A program made the position numbers and the translations under genes. 64,000 nucleotides of DNA from Takakia lepidozioides (taxonomy: Eukaryota > Plantae > Bryophyta), in contig CM060731.1 in the NCBI GenBank assembly GCA_030704615.1, forward strand, positions 46,624,001 through 46,688,000. The letters run 5' to 3'. Below, in pieces: positions 59,001-64,000 of the stretch (position 1 is the first letter of the stretch; the number at the start of each line of letters is the position of its first letter). A model generated the notes under the pieces. The model searched no databases. It was not told where the DNA came from and saw only the letters and a program-made list of their open reading frames with translations.

Positions 59001-61550
59001 CCATCCTGTTATGCACTGTCTGCAACTCCGTATGTAGTGCATTCAGTTCTTGCAACTTGCTTTCATGCTGCACCTGCATTTGGTATAGCTGTTGCTTATG
59101 TGCTTCGTGCAACTGGTCTTGCGCGAGGCCTGCCTCAATCAATTGTTGCTTGGCCAATTGCAAAGCCATTTCTGTATTTCCCAAGTCCTGCTTCATCTTG
59201 AGAGTGACCTCTTCATCGACCTTGTTTGCACACTCAGTGGCAAGTCGAGCCTCAAACTCCTTCCTGAGTTCCTCTTTCAAGGCTGTCAATTGGGTAATTG
59301 GAACATGGGATTTGACATAAGTCCCCAACAAATTAAGTGTCCTGCCTATGGAACTCATCAGCATTGCCTGTTGAGGGTCATCATGGTGAGGTTGCTGCTG
59401 TTCCTCCTGATCTTCAACAGTGTGATGTCTCACTAACCATTCAGGCCATTGTCCCACTGGATTTTCTTCCTGAACTACTTCATCTATCACGGTGCTACAG
59501 TGTCATGACCTTCCGCCTGTGGTACCTCCGACACAGGTGTGTGTATTATATGCACCTCAGGATTTCCCTTGGGCAACTGTTGCACCTCTGGGATTTCTGT
59601 CTCCTTGACCAGACCAGAATATTCATAGAGAAGGTCCCCCTTCTCTATTTCTGCCACTATCTGTTCTGTAGTTGGAATATCTAACCCTTCACTTTCCAAA
59701 TCAATTATTTCTGGTTGAGCTGCATGGATAACTTGTGACCTTGTGACAAGTCGTTCAGGTGGCTGTGATGGTTGTGATGCAGAAGTAACTTCCTCCTCCT
59801 CTCCGAAGGTCCTGCTTCCAGTAATAGCATTTCTCTGTGCTGCTGTGCCCCTTCCTGGCCATGAGCTTGGGAAACATTATCATGCGGAATCCGTGAAGCC
59901 AGTGGATCCGCCACTACAGTCTTTCCCCGTCTCTGCCTCTTAGTCTCGGGTTGCCTGCTAGTCCACCTCACTGTGTGAAGAGCCTTGCTCTTCCATTGCA
60001 GTTGTTTCTGGCTCAAACACTCCATTTCCTTTCTTTCTTGCGCATTAAGTATGCCAAAATCAAGGATTATTTGAGCAATGATTGGGCCAGACACTATTAT
60101 AGGAGACTTTGCGGTAGTACCTTGTAATCTTTTCATCTCCTCTACCAGTGCGTTGTACATTATGTCCGCCCATTGTACCTCTCGTCCCTTCAGGCCTTTG
60201 AGTATTTCCTCCGTGAAGGATCTGCTCAAATACTGTTGGTTCTGTTTCATGGCAATCAGAACGTTCAATACCTGGCCTACCTCTTTTAACCCTGGGTACA
60301 CAGCCTTGGTACAAGCATAACCCTGAGTTTTAAAGAAACTCCCTTCTTGGAATAAGTCCTCTATTTGCAGTCTTGCCCTGTGTTGCTCCACATGCACCTG
60401 ACCTGCTGGTAATCGAAACAATTGCTGGAGGTATAGGGGAGTAATCATTAATTCAACTCCCTTCACCGTTGTTGTTCCTGTCCTGTGGCTCAAAGTTCTG
60501 CAAAAATTGTAACATGTACTGTCTATGGTGTAGTGTCCAATCTAGGCTTTGCAATCCTTGCAATCTCAGCTCCTCCAGTATCTGTATCGCCTGTGGGGTA
60601 GCAATCGTTTGTTTCTGCAGAATTGTGGTGCTCTTCACCCTGATTTCCTCCATTCCTCTCACTCTCTTCATTTTTAGACTCACAGAACTGTTTTGGCTGT
60701 AACAACTGCAGGAATGCCTGTAGTGCACAAAGCATAAACGGTTGTCGCAGAAAGCTATGGGTAATTTCTTGTAAGCCTGCGGGGCTTGCAAGCATCGCTC
60801 AAGAGAAAAGCTCCGCTCTGTCCTTTCGTGTCTATGCCACTGCGTAAGTAATATTGCGAGCGTATAGTCTGTTAGTTCCTCCATAGTTTCCAAGGTATAG
60901 CATTGATGGTCTGTCCTGTCGAGACGCCCGTTACTCAGAACGACGCCGCCTCTTGCGCTCAATTTTCCTCCATTTTCTTGATCCTTTCTCTGGTTTTCTA
61001 TTGGCTGTATCCGCTGTGACTGGATTTTAGATTTTATCTTCTTTAGTGGACTTTCCCTGTTGGATAGTCCACTAGGATCACACATGTGACAAGAATTCCG
61101 CTTTTCTGTACTTGCCGTTCGTTTCGTTTCCCTTTTTCCATACTCATTAATGGGCCCGCCCTTTCATCCCTTTTGACGGCCGTTCTTGTCCTCTTTCTTT
61201 TGACACCTGTTCTTGCACTTCCTTCTCGGCTGTGTGTCGCGCCCGCGGACCTCCACGTGTCCATTTTTAAAGTAATTTCCGTTTCCTCTTCCGTCAGCCA
61301 TTTTCCTGAAGTTATTATGTGTCCACTTGTCACTGATTCTATGGATCGTGTAACTTTAGTAGGCTGTGTTGAGCTGTGACAGGCTGTGTCATACTGTGTT
61401 ACGCTGTGATAGGCTGTGATGCACTGTGGTAAGCTGTGATAGGCTGTGACACGCTGTGTAGGTTGTGATAGGCTGTGTTGCGCCGTGCTGGGCTGTGATA
61501 GGCTGTGTTGCGCCTTGCTGGGCTGTGATAGGCTGTGTCACTTGGTGTGT
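56033..61550 (-). mobile_element. 3' part of an Ogre/Tat-like LTR retrotransposon: extra-ORF region, PPT and 3' LTR (56033-57094)
   Basis: PPT GAGGGGGGAAGGGGTAA precedes TGTTAGAGG on minus. The LTR is homologous to 33336-34301 and ends ...CGACA at 56033. Same-sense ORFs at 57570-61085; CACAG repeats at 61360-61550. Confidence 0.8.
57570..60700 (-). pseudogene. Extra 3' ORF(s) of the LTR element: plant-transposon-protein-like N-terminus, long coiled coil, unknown C-terminal domain
   Basis: Adjacent ORFs 60453-61085, 59705-60493, 59487-59699, 58513-59490 and 57570-58520. MLQFLQNF...TVKGVELMITPLYLQQLFRLP resembles Athila/Tat extra-ORF N-termini; the middle is Q/E-rich with heptad character. Confidence 0.55.
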
Positions 61551-63400
61551 AGATTTGATACCATATTGTTTGTTGAGTAAGACTTCTATATGTTGGCAAT
61601 GTTTGTCAAGAATAGATGAGTCATGTGTATATTAACAGTTGATCAATTGCAGGAACAATAAGACTCTACTAGCTTCATACTATTGATATAAATTAGTTCG
61701 TCATTATGTGTAGGTTTGGTTGCTAAGGGTGTGTTGAATACACGACTTCGAACTAGGGTCCAAAGTGACAATAAGTACCCTTACTTAATAGCTTATGCAT
61801 ATGTAGGTGGTGTTGTGTGGGATTAGATTGAGCACTAAGGGTGTTGACAATGTGTCAAGAATACACTCACAAAAATGTGTGTTTACTAGTTAATTGCAGA
61901 AACAATAAAAACTTGCTAGCTTAATATGTATATTTAGGTGGTCATTGTGTGTGGACTAGATTGAGCACTAAGGGTGTTGACAATGTGTGTCAAGATACAC
62001 TCACAAAAAATGTGCGTTAACTAGTTAATTGTAGGAACAATAAATTTAACTTGCTAGCTTAATATGTATCAATGTGCACGGGTTAGGTTGCTAAAGCTGT
62101 TGACAATGCCTATCAATAACACACTCATGTGTTAATTATATTTCATAGAGGTCATAACAAAAGAGCTTATTATTAGTGGGCATATTTAGTTGGACCTCAT
62201 TGTGTGTAGGTTTAATAGCAAAATTTTAAAACTTTTGGGGTAGTACAATAGATTGTTTAGGATGTTTGATTGAAAGTTTTTATAGGTTCTATACGCACTT
62301 GCATTTTTTTTTTCATTGACATTTATGCTTATCATAAACCCTATACCGTAGAAGCTCATATCCATGTTTGAAGCTCATTGAAAAAAACCAAATTTTCTTG
62401 CTTTGGGATACGGCAGATTGATTGGGATATTTGAATAATAGTTCCTATCAACATGTCATGAATAGTTACAAGAAGACAGAGCACACAAGCAATATCATCA
62501 ATTTGTCTTCTGATCTCGATTAATACTCTAACAATTTTGAATATTTGGAAAGATGTCTCATGGTGTTGAAGCTTTTGGTATATTGAATCTGGTATCAATC
62601 TGTCTGATGACTGCTGCTAGCTAGCCATGTTTATTGGATTCCAAACGAGTATGGCGGTAAAAAAGCAAGGTTGGTAAGTTTGTTGTAGCAAGAACTTTGT
62701 CCATTACTAGGATAGTATACCCCAAAATCCTCATATCCATGTTTGAAGTTCATTACAAAAAACAACTTCTAGCACTGGCATATGATACAATCATAGTTGT
62801 GACATTTAATTGAATGATTCTATAGGTCGTAAACACTCTTCCATAAATTTTAGTTCTTGTGGATTTTTTGCTTAGTACCCTAAACCCTTTTACCCCAAAA
62901 ACCACGTTCTAATGTTTGAAGCTCATCTCGAGCTTTGGGGTAGAATAGAGTATATTCGAGTCACAGTTGAGATCCTCAATTGATTATTTTTATACTCTAT
63001 CCCAAATCTATTTTTCATCCAAGTAGCTTTTGAAGACCTAAACGAGGGTAGTATATCCTAAAACATAATCCAAATGTTTCAATCGTATCAATTAAATTTA
63101 GTTTTCAGCTTAGATGTAGGATATAACTTTGGGTAGTACAATAGATTGGTTGGGATATTGATTGAAAGTATTTGTAGGTTAAATACAAACTTGCATTTTT
63201 TTTTCATTGACATTAAATATGTTTATCATAAATCATATCAGTAGTAGCTTATATCCATGTTTGAAGCTCATTGAAAAAAAAACAATTCTTGCTTTTGGAT
63301 TACAATAGATGATTGGGATATTGATTGATAGTTCCTATCGACATGTGAATAATTCTTTGTCATCGACACTTTTTCTTGTTCTAAATCCTATACCTGCTTG
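61550..63400. repeat. AT-rich degenerate repeats
   Basis: Recurring CTAAGGGTGTTGACAATG units (61720-62110). 62225-62450 resembles 63125-63350. Confidence 0.5.
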
Positions 63401-64000
63401 CTAAGTGTCTGATTCAATAAAATTTCAATTTAATGATCAAACTTGTTAATATTGACGCTTTGACTCAAACTATAACATCAACCATGTTACAAATATAATG
63501 ATATCTCAATTGTATCAGGCTAGACCCCCTTGACAATTAAATTGACTATAACTAATATGTCATCCAATTTGTATAATGATAACTTCTTAAAAGTCTCCGC
63601 TACAATTTAAATCTCAATAATCAACAGTTTTTCAAGCCCTTTGATTTTGACATTTCTAAGTTAAATGATTGAATATGATTAGATATATTTGTTTTTAAAT
63701 ATTATTTATTGATTAATTCAATTTAATTCAATTTTGTCGTATATCAAGTTTGGTCCGGATTTAAGCGAAAAGTCCGGATTTAATTAAAATGGTGTTTTAA
63801 ATTGTCATCTCGATTTTGAGAAGTAGTTTAATAACACCATAATTGGTGTGGTTGGTCGATTTAGGAGATCAAGAGGCTGTCGCAATATCCCCCATCTGCT
63901 CCAGGGGCCTTCCTTCTCAGTTTTTGAATCCTGCATATCCACCATTTTTCCTCATCTACACCAGCAGCTATGGATGTTGGCACCCCTTGGCCTCCTCGTG

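Overview
Eukaryotic, transposon-dense plant DNA. A bryophyte/moss is inferred from the TE types and gene content, not shown directly. There is one apparently intact host gene: an 8-exon, divergent AUX1/LAX-like auxin-influx/amino-acid permease (22223-26109, +). The most notable component is a large Mutator-superfamily (MULE) DNA transposon with 9-bp TSDs and short imperfect TIRs. A full-length copy lies at 8733-20185, a deleted inverted copy at 43833-49718, and older relatives at 1-7600 and 35070-38620. Besides a GCM-like/DDE/SWIM transposase, it carries a divergently oriented, spliced cargo gene. That gene has a ParB/Srx-like domain (DGNHR) and a beta-class N6A/N4C amino-methyltransferase-like domain. 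Its introns hold arrays of a 24-bp palindrome (TGA-N4-CG-N4-CG-N4-TCA) whose arms differ symmetrically between subfamilies, giving a ParB/parS-plus-methylase-like module inside a eukaryotic transposon. The second MULE copy is nested in a Ty3/Gypsy element whose pol encodes a C5 DNA methyltransferase between protease and RT and a PHD finger after integrase. The rest of the window is an Ogre/Tat-like LTR element with 3' extra ORFs, hAT-type MITEs, CACTA, Copia, LINE and gag relics, and a PPR pseudogene. All protein assignments come from motif recognition by eye; no database searches were run.
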